This document shows, in pieces, positions 1 through 12,920 of a stretch of 64,000 nucleotides of DNA; the first letter of the stretch is position 1; each line of letters starts with the position of its first letter. A model generated the notes under the pieces. The model did no database searches and was not told where the DNA came from. It saw nothing but the letters and a program-made list of their open reading frames with translations. The DNA is from Lama glama. Lineage: Eukaryota. The DNA is taken from positions 77,006,001 through 77,070,000 of the forward strand of contig CM052816.1 in NCBI GenBank assembly GCA_028534125.1. Reading direction: 5' to 3'. The translations under genes were made by a program, and so were the position numbers.

Positions 1-302
1 CCTACTCAGCTTCTAGAGGCCACCCTCTTTCCTTGGCATGTGGCACCTTTCATCTTCAAACACAGCAAGAATTCCTTGAATCTTTGTGCTCTGAATCACT
101 CTGATTTTCTCTTCTGCCACTAGCTAGAGAAAACTCTTCAGTCAGATCAAGTCTACCAGATGATCTCCCCATCTTAAGGGCTGCTGGGCTATATAACATA
201 AACATAATCACAGTCATGACAGTGATGTCTTATTCACAGGATCCAGGAATTAAGGTCTGGAATTTTAAGGGAATAGGGGCATTTTTAGTATTCTGCTCAC
301 CA
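1..302 (-). mobile_element. MLT1-family (MaLR) LTR fragment
   Basis: reverse complement of MLT1 motifs (GAAGATG..GCCAC..CCAAGGAA..GGCCTCTAGAAGCTG). Confidence 0.65.
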
Positions 303-1544
303 GCATAAGCAAGAGTTGAACCTGGATATTTTTTAGAGTTGAGGGGAGAAAGTATATTCCACCAAAATCCTTGTTGTTTGATTCTATACTTTGCTTTCCT
401 TAAATTTCTGAAGTATGGTCAGTTTCTGGAGCCTGGGTACACTGTGGCCGAGGGATAAGTTTTAAAATACTGCAGATTTATCAGATAGGCTAGAGGATGG
501 ATTACCAAACAATCACTATAAGTATGTCAGTAACATTTTTAAGAGAAAAAACACCAAAAGCTTAACCACACAGTGGTCTGATTCTTGTTCCTTCCACCAC
601 CCCACTGCCCCATTTTAGTTTCTGTTATGTTCTCGTACTGATCAGTGCTACACATGAGAGCTTTGTGTGGTTAGTTTGTGTGTGTGCTTTTAAGTGTTTC
701 GTTCCTCTTTTTTAAACTAATGATTGCTCACTACTCTTTAATTTGATTTTCTGTCATTGTTCTTTATCCCTTCTGACTTTTCTTTCCCAGTTCTCTGGAT
801 TTCTGTATTCTCAACAGCTGTTAAGAACTTTATTAGGGAAGTAAAAAAAAGTTGGCACAGAGAAAAATGGACTGTTGACAGGGTAGAATTGGTTGAGGTG
901 GCATAAACAAAGAGTTTGCTGTAAATAGATTGCTATTGAGTATTGGAACTGACCATAGAGCACACATGGAAGTGATTAACAATATAAATAGTTCTATTGG
1001 GTAATTAATTGTCATAAACTATTGCATAGAAAGGAACAAGTGAGATGATTGGATACCAATTTTAAAAGAAGAAAGTAGTTAGTAGTAGGCTCCAGGTCAC
1101 GGAACTGCAGCTGTACAATAGTAAGAAAGTAAATTCTGCCAACAACCTCAATAAGCTTAGATATGGATTAATAATAATATCTAGTTAGTGAATAACAACC
1201 TAGTGAATATATGGGTTGTTGAGCTTGCTTGCTAGAAATGGTCAAATAAGCTTGGGGCAAGACTTTTGAAGTATAGAGAATATATGTGGTAGAAGTAAGA
1301 GGTTTGTGTGGTAATTTTCTCTGCTAAGGGGCAGCACTTTGACAGATGCTTGTTAAGTAGGCTGGTGTTGTCTCTCATACTCAATTAAAGGTGTTACTGA
1401 ACTATCTCAGTTTCAGAAAGAGCAGGAAAAGTAGAACTGAATAGAAAAGCAAAATTTATAATTTTTTTAAACCATGTTGTGAATTTTAAATGGTGGAGGG
1501 GTGACCAGTGCATAATTGGATAATTTACTTTGAAGTACATGTGA

Positions 1545-1815
1545 TTTTTTTTTTAACACCTTTGTTGTGGTATGGTTGCTGTACAATAAACTACACATAT
1601 TTCAAATATACAATTTGATGAGTTTTGATAGATGAATACACCAATAAAACCACTATCACAATCAAGATAGCTAACATTTCCATCACTGCCCAGGAGGTGC
1701 AGTTTTTGAACTCCCAGTTTATCCTTTTCCACCCCCTTTACCCCCTGGTAACTATAAGTTTGTCTGTCTGTTTCTGTTTTGTAGATAAGTTCATTTGGGT
1801 CCTGATTTTTTTTTT
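1545..1815 (-). mobile_element. L1 3'-end fragments
   Basis: poly-T followed by tacaatttgatgagttttga...atcacaatcaagata L1M motifs. Confidence 0.65.
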
Positions 1816-1959
1816 TAACATATTGTTCAATTTCCTATGTAAATATTTAAATGTTAAGTAATGATAGCTCTTATTCTGATACAGTAGCAGGAAAAGCTCA
1901 CTTTTTATTTTAAAGTAAATTTCTTTAACATGCCCCTCTCCCTCTTTCCCCTCCAATAG

Positions 1960-2027
1960 AGAAGACAGAGAAGCAAGATTTCTAGCCAGCAAAATGGGAA
2001 TCATAGCAACATTCCGGTCATGGGCAG
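1960..2027 (+). CDS. RICTOR: RICTOR coding exon (human-equivalent exon 10), EDREARFLASKMGIIATFRSWA
   Basis: atag|AGAAGAC...GGCAG|gtaagt; translation matches RICTOR; 68 nt. Confidence 0.97.
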
Positions 2028-3099
2028 GTAAGTTACTTTGTTCTGCTTTATAATATCCAATAAGAAACACTTGACTGTTTTTTCAAATGTTAAATTAATA
2101 TTGCAGCATCTAATTTTGATGTTAACCTAGTCTTTCTTTATATGTTGTTAGAACCAAGAGGTGTTTATATAAAAGTATTAAAATTGACCATTTGTAAGTC
2201 AAGTACTAATGGTAACCTGGGCAATTAAAAAAAATTAAACATGATCTATACCAGAAAAATTTTTAGAGTGTTAGCTTAATATGTAAGTAAAGTTTGAGAC
2301 CTAAAAGTACAATGTAGAGTGTCATAAATACCAAATAAGTAAGGTGGGCCATTAGTAGTTCCAAATTTCTTGAGAAGAGGGATTATACATATTTTATCTT
2401 TCCATGGAATAAAAAGCAAACATTTTTCTTAAAATAATACCAACACTAAATGTATTTATATTAATGGTTACCACTTCCTTTTTGAGTTTGTAGAATAATT
2501 TAACCGGTAGCAGACAAAGGAGTATAGCAGTAAATAGAAGAAGAAAATTTACCTGAACATTTCTGTATACCTAAGTAACCTAACTAACACATCTTTTCCA
2601 TAAAAAAGACTATCCCAGCCATAGACGTGGCCCCTAGCCAATATGTTTACAAGGACTTCCTCTGGCCTCTCAACATTTTGATAAAAACCCCAGCCTTGCT
2701 ACACCTCATGACTGCCTATTTCCCCTGTCCTCATGGAAAATCTCGGATTCTATGAGGGCCCAGCCATCACACATCCTTTTTTATACTGTACCAGCCATAG
2801 AAACTAACACAGTCCTCCTGCCAAGGACGACTTAAAAGGTTGGGGGTCTTCTTCCCTCCTGTTGAAGATAAAAGAGAAATATTCAAGTTAAAACTCTGCT
2901 TATCCCTGTGTGAATTCATTAGTTTTGTGTGTTATTTTAATGCATTTTGAAGAAGGTTACAGAATTCAGTACTCTTGACTCACTTCAGCATGCACATTAT
3001 TACCTAGAGTTCATTGTTTGTTTAAGGCCCTTATTTGGTTATTTTTGTTTGTTTGTGGTTTTTTTGGGGTTTGGGTTTTTGTTTGTTTGTTTGTCTTGG

Positions 3100-3920
3100 G
3101 TTTTTTGTGAGATGAAATTTACCTCTTACAGTGAAATACACAAATTTTGAAGGTACCATTTGACGAGTTTTGACAAGTGATTACACCTGTGTATCTGGAT
3201 TCTTTTTAAGATATGGAATATTACCATCATCCCAGAAGGTTCTCTCATGTCCGTTCCTGATTAATCCCTGACCCTACTCCCATAAGAAGCAACCACTGTT
3301 CTGTTTAATTTTTATCATAGATCAGTTTTGTCTATTCTGAAACTTCGTATTAGTGGAATCTTACTGTATGTATACTTTTGTGTAAGGCTTTTTTCACTCA
3401 ACATCATGATTCTGATTTCATTCAACATAACGCTATACTAATTTATGTTGTTGTATATAGTAATAATATTCCTTTTTATTGCTTAGTAATATTCCATTGG
3501 GTGAATATACTACTGTGTTTTTAACCTTCCTCCTGTCAGTGAACATCTGACCTGTTCCCAGTTTTCACTATTCTAAATAAAGCTACTATGAACAGTCTTG
3601 TACAAGTCATCTTTTCAGACATTAGCTTTCATTTCATTTGGGTAAATACCGAAATAGAATTGCCGAGTCACAGGGTGGATATATGTTTAGTTTTATGAGA
3701 CATTGCCAGGCTTTTTCTTAAAAATCTTACACTATTTTATACTCCCATCGTCAATGAGTGTGAGTTCCATTTGCATCTGATGTTGTCAGTCTTTAATTTG
3801 GCCATTCTGGTGGGTGTGTGACTATATCTCATTGTGAAGGCAGTTTGCATTTCCCTGGTGACTAATGATATTGTACACTTTGTATGTGTTTATTGGCTAC
3901 TGACATATCTTCCTTTGTGG
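3100..3920 (-). mobile_element. Old L1M 3' end
   Basis: tagtaatattccattg, aaataaagctactatgaaca, ttgcatttccctggtgactaatgat motifs. Confidence 0.8.
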
Positions 3921-4418
3921 CTTGATGATAATATGTTTAAAATGTTTGACTAAATTCTCTGACTTAATATTTCGATCCATATAATTTACTTGAAGTCTGT
4001 CAGTTATGCTCTTCTGCACATTCAATACATCTTAGACTTAAACTTTTAAAAGACAAGTGCTAAGCAAAGTTTTTCCCTTTAGATTGAGAAGGCATTAAAT
4101 AAGTAAGACATTGTCTTATTCTCTCGTGTTCTTAATCCTTGATATTTACTCATTAGCAAATGAGGATAGTAGGCAGTCAGGTCCATGACTCTTTTTGGGT
4201 ATGAAACAAATAGAAATCATTTAAATGATAAAATTATCTCTAATCTGTTGAGAAATTCAGAGAACATTTGAAATACACTATCACTTATGGTAACCAAATA
4301 ATATGATGGTATAATTTAGCTTGGAAAAATATCACAGATTTTGTATTATGGATACATTACTATAGAAAAAAATTTTGAAATTCAAATCAGTGATTTTTTT
4401 TCTTTTTATCCTTTTTAG

Positions 4419-4501
4419 GTATTATTAATTTATGTAAACCTGGAAACTCTGGGATCCAGTCTCTAATTGGGGTACTTTGCATACCAAATATGGAAATCAG
4501 G
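4419..4501 (+). CDS. RICTOR: RICTOR exon 11, GIINLCKPGNSGIQSLIGVLCIPNMEIR
   Basis: ttag|GT...AGG|gtaggt; 83 nt; phase fits neighbours. Confidence 0.97.
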
Positions 4502-5224
4502 GTAGGTGAAAGTTATCCTGATTGTTTCATTTCTGGACTTTTAGTGAAGGAAATTAATTGGAAAAAAGTTATTTCAGATGATGCTTTTTCCTCATGAATT
4601 ATTAATCTATCACTGAGCATTTTAAAAATACATGAATAAATACTTACTACTTAGTTGAACCCTAAGGATATAATAATACGAATCAGTTGAAACACTACTG
4701 ATGTTAGGAGCTATGGCTGTATTCAAATTAGATTAAAAATACAAAATTGTGCTTCGTTCACTAAAACATATAAACAATACAGAAGGGCATTCTTATTGTA
4801 AAAGGTTCAGGCAATACAGAAATATAGGAAAAAGTAAATGTAATATTTGTGCAACTTATGCCTTCTAATTTATGTTTTTATATGAGTGGTGGTTTTGATC
4901 AAAATTGGATTGTCTGTATTTTCAGGCTTATTTATTAAATGTTGTCCTAAATTAATAGTGCATAGGATTTTATATTAAATAGCTAAAACAAATTGAAATT
5001 AGAGGAAAAGAAATTAACTCTTCACGTGGTTCTTCCTTTTCCTCTTAAATGTTTTTGTTTCTTGTTTCTTTTTATTAGTAGTAAATATTAGCCAGAGGTG
5101 TCTTGCTTAAAATGTGAACTAAAAATAAAAGCATTTAAATCGTGGAAATGTAAGGATGTGATTATAGATGGAAAGACCTATAAGCAGGGAACTAAAGGTT
5201 CCAGTTCAGTTGACTTCTTACTTA

Positions 5225-5420
5225 GATGATGGCAAAAGAACATGACCTTTGGAGTCTGGCTGACTGAGGTTTGACTCCTGGTTTTATTATTTATAGCTCC
5301 ATGACCTTGGACAAATCACTTTCAACCTTTAAATCTGTTTCTTCGTGTGTACAATGGAGATGGTAAAAGATTTATTGAAAGATTACATCGTGCATGTAGT
5401 AGGCATTCAATAGTTATCAC
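5225..5420 (+). mobile_element. MIR SINE
   Basis: core tgaccttggacaaatcactt...tctgtttcttcgtgtgtacaatgg. Confidence 0.65.
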
Positions 5421-5564
5421 TTCTCTAATATAGGCCTGATTTCTAAAATACAGAAGGCCTGTTTTTTTTAATCATTTTTTTATTCTGTGAATAAGACATT
5501 TAAAACATTTTAAGGGAAGGTTTGTTCCATGAAACAAATGAACTGTACTTATTTGCATTTGCAG

Positions 5565-5652
5565 CGAGGTCTGCTTGAAGTGCTTTATGATATATTTCGT
5601 CTTCCTCTACCTGTTGTGACTGAAGAGTTCATAGAAGCGCTGCTCAGTGTAG
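5565..5652 (+). CDS. RICTOR: RICTOR exon 12, RGLLEVLYDIFRLPLPVVTEEFIEALLSV
   Basis: gcag|CGA...GTAG|gtgagt; 88 nt. Confidence 0.97.
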
Positions 5653-6138
5653 GTGAGTATTGAGGTACATTTGTATCTGTTCAAGTACTGTGATTTTTTA
5701 AATGGTTTGCCTGATGGAAGCAGAATCCTTCAGAGGAAAAATACTGAACTAAACATTGAATATCATTTTCTTTTCTTACTGCATAATCATGACATGAGAT
5801 TAATATAAAATAAAATCTCAGATAAATTTCTTAAAAAAAACTTAATTCTCTATCAGTATAGCTTTTGAAATGAGCAGTGAAATTAATAGAAGGATGGACC
5901 TCTAAGAAAGGAAGCGAGGGGATAATAAGAAACCTATATGATTCTCAAATGACTCCAAGTCCCACAATGAAGGAAGTTAGATCTTTGTTAATTTATATAC
6001 ATCATTTTGTTCTGGATGCCTTTTTGAGTCTTTTTTTTTGTTTTAATAAGAAAATTACTTATAGCCTGGTTAGCTAATGGTTGTTTGAAGTGTTTCATTG
6101 ATACCTCATTTTCTTCTAACTAAATTTAATTATTTTAG

Positions 6139-6229
6139 ATCCAGGTAGATTCCAAGACAGCTGGAGGCTTTCAGATGGCTTTGTAGCAGCTGAGGCAAAA
6201 ACTATTCTTCCCCATCGTGCCAGATCCAG
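6139..6229 (+). CDS. RICTOR: RICTOR exon 13, DPGRFQDSWRLSDGFVAAEAKTILPHRARS
   Basis: ttag|AT...CCAG|gtagaa; 91 nt. Confidence 0.97.
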
Positions 6230-6341
6230 GTAGAATTTAGATATAGAAGTAGTTCAAATTTATTACATTTACTGTTTTATGTTAAGTTTTGTAATACATG
6301 AAACAGTATTTAAACTGTTTCTGTGCTGTGCTTATTTCCAG

Positions 6342-6408
6342 GCCAGACCTCATGGATAATTATTTGGCATTGATACTCTCAGCATTTATTCGTAATGGAC
6401 TTTTAGAG
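6342..6408 (+). CDS. RICTOR: RICTOR exon 14, RPDLMDNYLALILSAFIRNGLLE
   Basis: ccag|G...GAG|gtaaaa; 67 nt; lies inside ORF 6298..6669. Confidence 0.97.
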
Positions 6409-6549
6409 GTAAAACTTATAAACCTTATTTATCCTATTCTTTTAATTTTGTCTAATAGAATTCTTTCAGAGCAACAGACATATATGGTGCATAAATGTGT
6501 TCATATATATTATTTTGCAGCTATGATATTTTCTTTTTTCTTTTCAAAG

Positions 6550-6630
6550 GGTTTGGTTGAAGTGATAACAAATAGTGATGACCATATCTCAGTTAGAGCT
6601 ACCATCCTTTTAGGAGAGCTTTTACATATG
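6550..6630 (+). CDS. RICTOR: RICTOR exon 15, GLVEVITNSDDHISVRATILLGELLHM
   Basis: caaag|GGT...ATG|gtaagt; 81 nt. Confidence 0.97.
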
Positions 6631-8305
6631 GTAAGTTTAGCCACTTCTGATTATGTTTTGTACCATTGATGTTTTAATATATAAAGCAGGCTATTTTAAC
6701 AATGTTACATTACATTACTTCAAAAAAAAGTTTGCATTTATTTGAATGTTTATCTTTGCATTACAGAGAGCCCTTGTTACCTTGTATCTTAATATATATA
6801 GGCTAGTTTTATAAATGAAACAAATATTAAAAAATACAAAGTACTGAATTTTACTCTTTTACACTCACTTTGGATGATGTTTTGAGTCCTAAAAATCTTT
6901 CTCTCCAAAAGAACCCCTGCCTAAAAAGTGAAAAATTACACAACTATAGATATTACTTCCGTCAGCTAGAAATGGAATCAGTCAGTAACTGAATTTTAGA
7001 ACACTTTGTTAAAACAAGTCTAAATATAACTGCCTTATTTGAACACATTCTTCTCTGTAAGCTTGTAGGTTGAGGTTTGGAATCTTGTGTATATTTGTGT
7101 GTGTGCACGTGCCATGATTTTGTGACATCAGTAACTTCTGGAAACAAGGAGCTAGTGAAGTTATCTGACCATTCTCTACTTCTAGCAGATAGAGCAGTGA
7201 GGGTATTCTGTTTATAAGAAAGAAATTCATATCTCTAAGTCACCTATTAGTTAATAAAATACTACGTAAAACAACCGCTTTAAACTCATTTCTAAGGAAG
7301 AAGTAACCTTATGGCAGATCTTTTAAAATTATGTTATGGCTTGCTATTATTGGCAGAATATCTTTTGTTTTTGAAGTTGTTTTGGTCCTTTCCATCACCA
7401 GTTGTTTTTCCCATATGGCACTTGGGCTTTGTGAGTGAGGTAAAGAGAATTCAACAGTGTTTAATGGTAACTGTCTTGTTTATCAGTGAAGTATTTAGCT
7501 ACATGTTCTGTTTCCCTTCAGCCCATCTGTGAAAGAATTAAATAATATTGCAGGTTCTCAGGTGTGATTGTTTTTATTTTAATTCTTAAGATACCATTTC
7601 CTATAAGAATATCAGTCTCTAGAATTATTTGCTTTTATATGAAGGAATCTCTTTTATAAATTTCATTCATTCTCTTCCGCAGTACACCAAAATTCTGTCA
7701 GTCTCTTGAAATATAAAAGCTGATCATTCTGAGTATAGTGGTGTTAGTTCATTGCTTGTTATTTTACATCTCTGGCTTCCACGTTTAATTAATTAATTAA
7801 CCTTCATTGGTAGAAGGCAGGTTGAGTGGTAGGATTTTGTTTGGAAAGCAGGAGACAAGTTTCTTATTTTAAAGATTGCTGAAAACTGTTTTGAGAAGGT
7901 CGTTTTTAAGCTTAAGAAGCCAACTGGTAAGTTACAGTATTGCATCTAACATTTTAAAATGCTGTTTTAACACAACATTATAGCACTGGATCTAAGTTCT
8001 GATACATAGTCCTTTTAGATCATTTCAGAAATGAGTTTAATTGGTACCACTTCAAAATTATAATTTAGTACTATAGTAAAAGATCTGTGAAATTTCGAGT
8101 TTTATTAATGTAATGTCTGTATCTTTATATTTGTTATATCTCGTTGTTGAAAGTAGGTAAGATTAAAAATTATAAATACGTATTAGAAAGTAAATAAGTT
8201 AACTTCATGAGTGAAATCTCAGTCTTTAGCATTATTTCTGTGAATAAACTGTAACATAAAATACTCTGTTTTTCAACTCTTATAGAATGTTATGTTTCAT
8301 TTTAG

Positions 8306-8406
8306 GCAAACACAATTCTTCCTCATTCACATAGCCATCATTTGCACTGCCTGCCAACTCTAATGAATATGGCTGCATCCTTTGATATCCCCAAGGAAAA
8401 GAGACT
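8306..8406 (+). CDS. RICTOR: RICTOR exon 16, ANTILPHSHSHHLHCLPTLMNMAASFDIPKEKRL
   Basis: ttag|GCA...ACT|gtaagt; 101 nt. Confidence 0.97.
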
Positions 8407-9843
8407 GTAAGTATCAGAGCCCTAGCAAAGCCAAATTAGTAAAAATGTTGGGATTGAGGGTTTTTTGGACAGCTTTATGTTTTGAGCAACAATGCAGTCT
8501 CTTTTTGAATGTCTAAAATTATTTCAAATTAAAGCACTAAGACTAACAATATATTCTTTTAAATGTGTGGTCAAAAATGTTGAAATTTAAAAGGTAAAGG
8601 TGGAGGAGCTTGATTGGAAAGTGGTAATAGGAATCTTTTTTCATTTGGTATAGGTTATGTCTAGTCCAGGGGTGTCTTTTTTTTTTTCCTATTATGGTCA
8701 AAAAAATTTATATATTTAGACTTCATTTTTGGGGGGGTGATATTTTGAAATGTAGCGCTTCAGTTATTCAGAACTATGAATTTTTGTTAACAGTTATAAT
8801 GTATTTCTCAAAAGTTTCGTTAGCTTTATTAATTCAAAAGTACATATAAGGGCCTCACTTTAAGTAAATAATAGTCTATTTATTAATTTTAATTCTATCA
8901 GTGAAAATACTACTATTTAACAGACTGAAATTGTATTATAAACTGAGGATATTAGGGACCATCATTTCTGACTGCAGGCTTACATTAGTAATGGTAGCTT
9001 TCAGCTTTTATCTTGGTAGTTTCATGATGGAAAAATGAACTTTCTCAAAGCCTGGTAGATCTACACTCTGGGTCAGATTATGGCCATGAATTTGAGGATT
9101 CGTCAGGAATTTTTTACCTTCAAAATTCCAGCAATAATAGTCTTCTTAGAATGATTTGTTTGTTTCTGTTTTTGTTTTTTTTAGCTCAGTAAGCTCTCCT
9201 TACTGATAAATACTTGCCAATCTTAGCATACCTCAGGATTTTTACATTTTAAATCTGATTTGTGTTTACCACAATTTCTGAAGTTGAGATTTGATTGCTA
9301 TCAAATTCTTGAAAGTTGTCTATGCACCACAAAAATGGAATTAAAAAATAATTTTTAAAAGAATACCATTTACAGTTGCAGATCAGTGGGAGAAAATAGA
9401 CTGTTTAGTTGATCTAGAATCATTGGTTATCCAGCCTCATATCATAAACAAAAAATCAGTTTCATATGGATTAAGGACTTAAATGTGAAAAACAAAATTT
9501 TAAAACTTTAATAAGAAAATACAGAAAACCTGGTTCTGACCTTGAGGAAGAAATTCTCAAGATAAGTTCTTAAAATCAATATACAAAAAGTGCCCACCAC
9601 CATAGAAGAAAAGATTAACAAATATGTTTAGTTGAATGTGAATAATTATCGTTTCTTCATACAAATCAGCAATGTTCATGGTTTTTCTTTTCTTTGTGGC
9701 TCCTAATTTGGTTAAATAGTTTACTTTTTATTAACAGTCTCTAGCCTGAATTTATACGTTTTAATAGAGTAATTTACCAAAGCAATCTCTTCAAAATTAT
9801 GCTAGCCTTGCTACAGTATTAATTGAATTTTTTTTCTCACTAG

Positions 9844-10009
9844 GCGAGCCAGTGCAGCCTTGAACTGTTTAAAACGCTTCCATGAAATGAAAAAACGAGG
9901 ACCTAAGCCTTATAGCCTTCATTTAGATCACATTATTCAGAAAGCAATTGCAACACACCAGAAACGGGATCAATATCTCCGAGTTCAGAAAGATATATTT
10001 GTTCTTAAG
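9844..10009 (+). CDS. RICTOR: RICTOR exon 17, RASAALNCLKRFHEMKKRGPKPYSLHLDHIIQKAIATHQKRDQYLRVQKDIFVLK
   Basis: ctag|G...AAG|gtactg; 166 nt. Confidence 0.97.
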
Positions 10010-10034
10010 GTACTGACATGAAGTTGCAATTTTT

Positions 10035-10078
10035 TTTTTTCATTTTACAGTGTTGTGTCAAATTCCAGTGTTCAGCAC
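10035..10078 (-). mobile_element. Extremely 5'-truncated L1 3' tip with perfect 14-bp TSD
   Basis: aagttgcaattttt at 10021-10034 and 10079-10092; insert resembles the L1 3' termini at 10360 and 44860. Confidence 0.8.
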
Positions 10079-10341
10079 AAGTTGCAATTTTTAAATTTCC
10101 TAATTCCTAACCACTGGATTTTAGTGTGCATGTACTTGCTTGAGTTTGCAGTTTTATTCATGCGTATAGATTTTCAAAAGGCTTCTAAGTTTTATAATGA
10201 CTAGGCAGTTAAGAGCTGTATTTTTATAACTTTTTAAAGTTAAAAAACCTTGGTAATCCTCTGTAAATCAAAAATCTTTGTTTTTGAAGTTTAAGCTTGG
10301 TTTTTTTTAATGTGAGGATAATTTGAATTAATTTTTTTCTT

Positions 10342-10658
10342 TCTTTTTTTTTTTTTTCATTGAAGTATAATCAGTTACAATGTGTTAATTTCTGGTGTAC
10401 AGCACAATGTCCCAGTCATACATATATATACATATATTCATTTTCATATTCCTTTTCATTAAAGGTTACTACAAGATTTTGAATATAGTTCCCTGTGCTG
10501 TACAGAAGGAATTTGGTTTTTATCTATAGTAGTTAACATTTGCAAATCTCAAACTCCCAAATTTATCCCTTCCCACCCCCTTCTCCCTGGTAACCATAAG
10601 ATTGTTTACTATGTCTGAAAATCTGTTTCTGTTTTGTAAATGAGTTCATTAGTGTGCC
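10342..10658 (-). mobile_element. Truncated L1 3'UTR
   Basis: poly-T then cattgaagtataatcagttacaatgtg...; similar to 44850-45130; TSD-like ttaa(t)nctt on both sides. Confidence 0.85.
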
Positions 10659-10691
10659 TTAATTTTTCTTAATACTTTCTGGTGATTTTAG

Positions 10692-10793
10692 GATACAGAG
10701 GAAGCTCTTTTGATGAACCTTAGAGATAGCCAAGTCCTTCAACATAAAGAGAATCTTGAATGGAATTGGAATCTTATAGGGACCATTCTTAAG
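10692..10793 (+). CDS. RICTOR: RICTOR exon 18, DTEEALLMNLRDSQVLQHKENLEWNWNLIGTILK
   Basis: ttag|GAT...AAG|gtatga; 102 nt. Confidence 0.97.
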
Positions 10794-10909
10794 GTATGAC
10801 AGGATACTTCTTGGTAATGGCTTGATTGTCTTTATTATTTATTATAATTCACCGTAATTATACGTTTAAGACTTGATAAATACATATATGATATATTATG
10901 TTTTTCTAG

Positions 10910-10956
10910 TGGCCAAATGTAAATCTAAGAAACTATAAAGATGAACAGTTGCACAG
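10910..10956 (+). CDS. RICTOR: RICTOR exon 19, WPNVNLRNYKDEQLHR
   Basis: ctag|TGG...CAG|gtatgt; 47 nt. Confidence 0.97.
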
Positions 10957-12528
10957 GTATGTAAGAACTGTTTTGTATTTACATTTAAAAAGCTTAGATT
11001 TGAATTATATTATGGCTGATGCCTACTAAAAGTAATAATTGATGTTTTAAGAAGATACCTACATTTTAATAATTGGTGTTTAATAGTTACACATATACAT
11101 TTTTTGTATATAGTTGTATTTTATAACCAGAAAGCATCAGCTAATGCTTTTTCTGGTTATTTGCATTATGGTTTTAGTTTTGGAATCAATGAAGTACTTA
11201 AGATAAAAGTTTCTCAAATCAGGGAATATCAACCATGTACGTACGTACTCTTAGCCCTAACCTGTGGGGATGACATTATAGGGATATAGTGTCTCCTTCT
11301 CAGAATCATGGCCATTTTTAATATTCCAATTCTATTTTCATTTGCATCTGACTTTGGAGGGTTATTCATTTTTCTTCCTCTTTACAGTCCCCTTAACCAA
11401 GTTGATGCTCCATACTTTCCATAAAACAGGCAATTGTTCATAGCATATACAGCGCTTCAGGGTATTAGCTGTTTTCTAGTACTCCATGCATTTTTACTAC
11501 TTCCAATTTTATACTGACTAACCACCAGTATTGATTTCATTGGATAAAAGTGCCTATGCTTCATATTTTTGAGAAGATCATGCCATTAACATTATTATTT
11601 GATTATATTTTTATACTATATTATATTATATTATATTTATATTATTACTCTATAATATTTAACTTAACATCTGTGTTAAGTTTTGAGAGATATGTAGAAC
11701 ATATAAATCACATTGGGATAAAGAAACATGGCCCTAACTTTTCGGAGTTGTTGAGAACAGAAATGAAGTCTCGTTTAACTTTGTTTCTCCAGCTCCTGGA
11801 CCTAGCACCTTTATTAGACTGGATTGTAGTGCATGAAATTTAAGCTGAACTAAATTAAATAGAGGCTTAGAACATAATGTTGACAATTATGACATTGAAA
11901 TATCATAAATTATGTCCATTGCCTCATAAATTCAGTTGCTTAGCTTTTACCTGGAGCTTTTATGCTTGACTTTTGCCTAATTGTGAAAAACTGACAATAT
12001 CGTAGCATGTTAACGTCTGCAATATTATTTTATAGAGCCATGGGACAAAGTTTTTTCATAAAATACAATAGGGGAAAATTTATATATTATCAATTAAAAG
12101 AGAGTATAAAAAAAGATCTAATAACAATGAAATGTGTATACATAGAAACAAAACAAAATAAAAAACGTTTATATCCAGGTGGCTTCCTCATGTTTATCCA
12201 ACCTTATCTTCTTGCTGTGTTATATCTGCATTTTTTTCCTTCTAGCATCTTTCTTTTCCACAATTACTCTAGGACATGTCACCATTAAAATTCTTAATTC
12301 ACAAAAAATATTTTTTATAATGAAGGGGATTTTATTGTTGGTTTTTTACTTTGTGTTTTTGTTTGATTGTGTGTGGAATGTACCAAATGTGTTTATTAAA
12401 TTTCCTTCTATTTACCCTAATGGTTTAAACCCAAAATGTATTCAAAACTTTATTATCATATGCTGCCATTAAGATTCTAAAATAGTGATTTAGTTTCTCA
12501 CTTTGTTGCTGATTTATTTTGATCTTAG

Positions 12529-12664
12529 GTTTGTACGAAGACTACTTTATTTTTACAAGCCCAGTAGTAAATTATATGCCAACCTGGATCTGGATTTTTC
12601 CAAGTCCAAGCAGCTCACAGTTGTGGGTTGCCAATTTACAGAATTTCTTCTTGAGTCTGAAGAG
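12529..12664 (+). CDS. RICTOR: RICTOR exon 20, FVRRLLYFYKPSSKLYANLDLDFSKSKQLTVVGCQFTEFLLESEE
   Basis: ttag|G...GAG|gtaaga; 136 nt; ORF 12503..12736. Confidence 0.97.
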
Positions 12665-12769
12665 GTAAGAAGCACTTTGAATGTTTTCCAGAGCAAGTGT
12701 TTTTCACTAAATTTTCCCCCTTCCTTTTATTTCTGAATATGCATAATCTATGTTTAGAAATACAGGGAA

Positions 12770-12920
12770 CAATCCTAGACCTAGATTTAAATCCTGACTT
12801 AGTCACTATTTAAGTGACTTTGGGCAAGTTATTTACCTTTTAAAGAGACCTGTTTTCTCCTTGTAAAATGGAAAATAATACCATCTCCTGCAGCATTGTG
12901 TTGAATGGGATTAAAGTGAT
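12770..12920 (+). mobile_element. MIR SINE
   Basis: gtgactttgggcaagttattta...tgtaaaatggaaaataata. Confidence 0.7.

Noticed and set aside
1738..2070. 110-aa antisense ORF over RICTOR exon 10 (and similar antisense ORFs at 22700, 30847, 38948)
   Set aside because: Shadow frames of real exons; no independent support.
7522..7561. Possible poison exon in RICTOR intron 15
   Set aside because: Acceptor is good but the donor (gtgtga) is weak; such pseudo-exons are common by chance.
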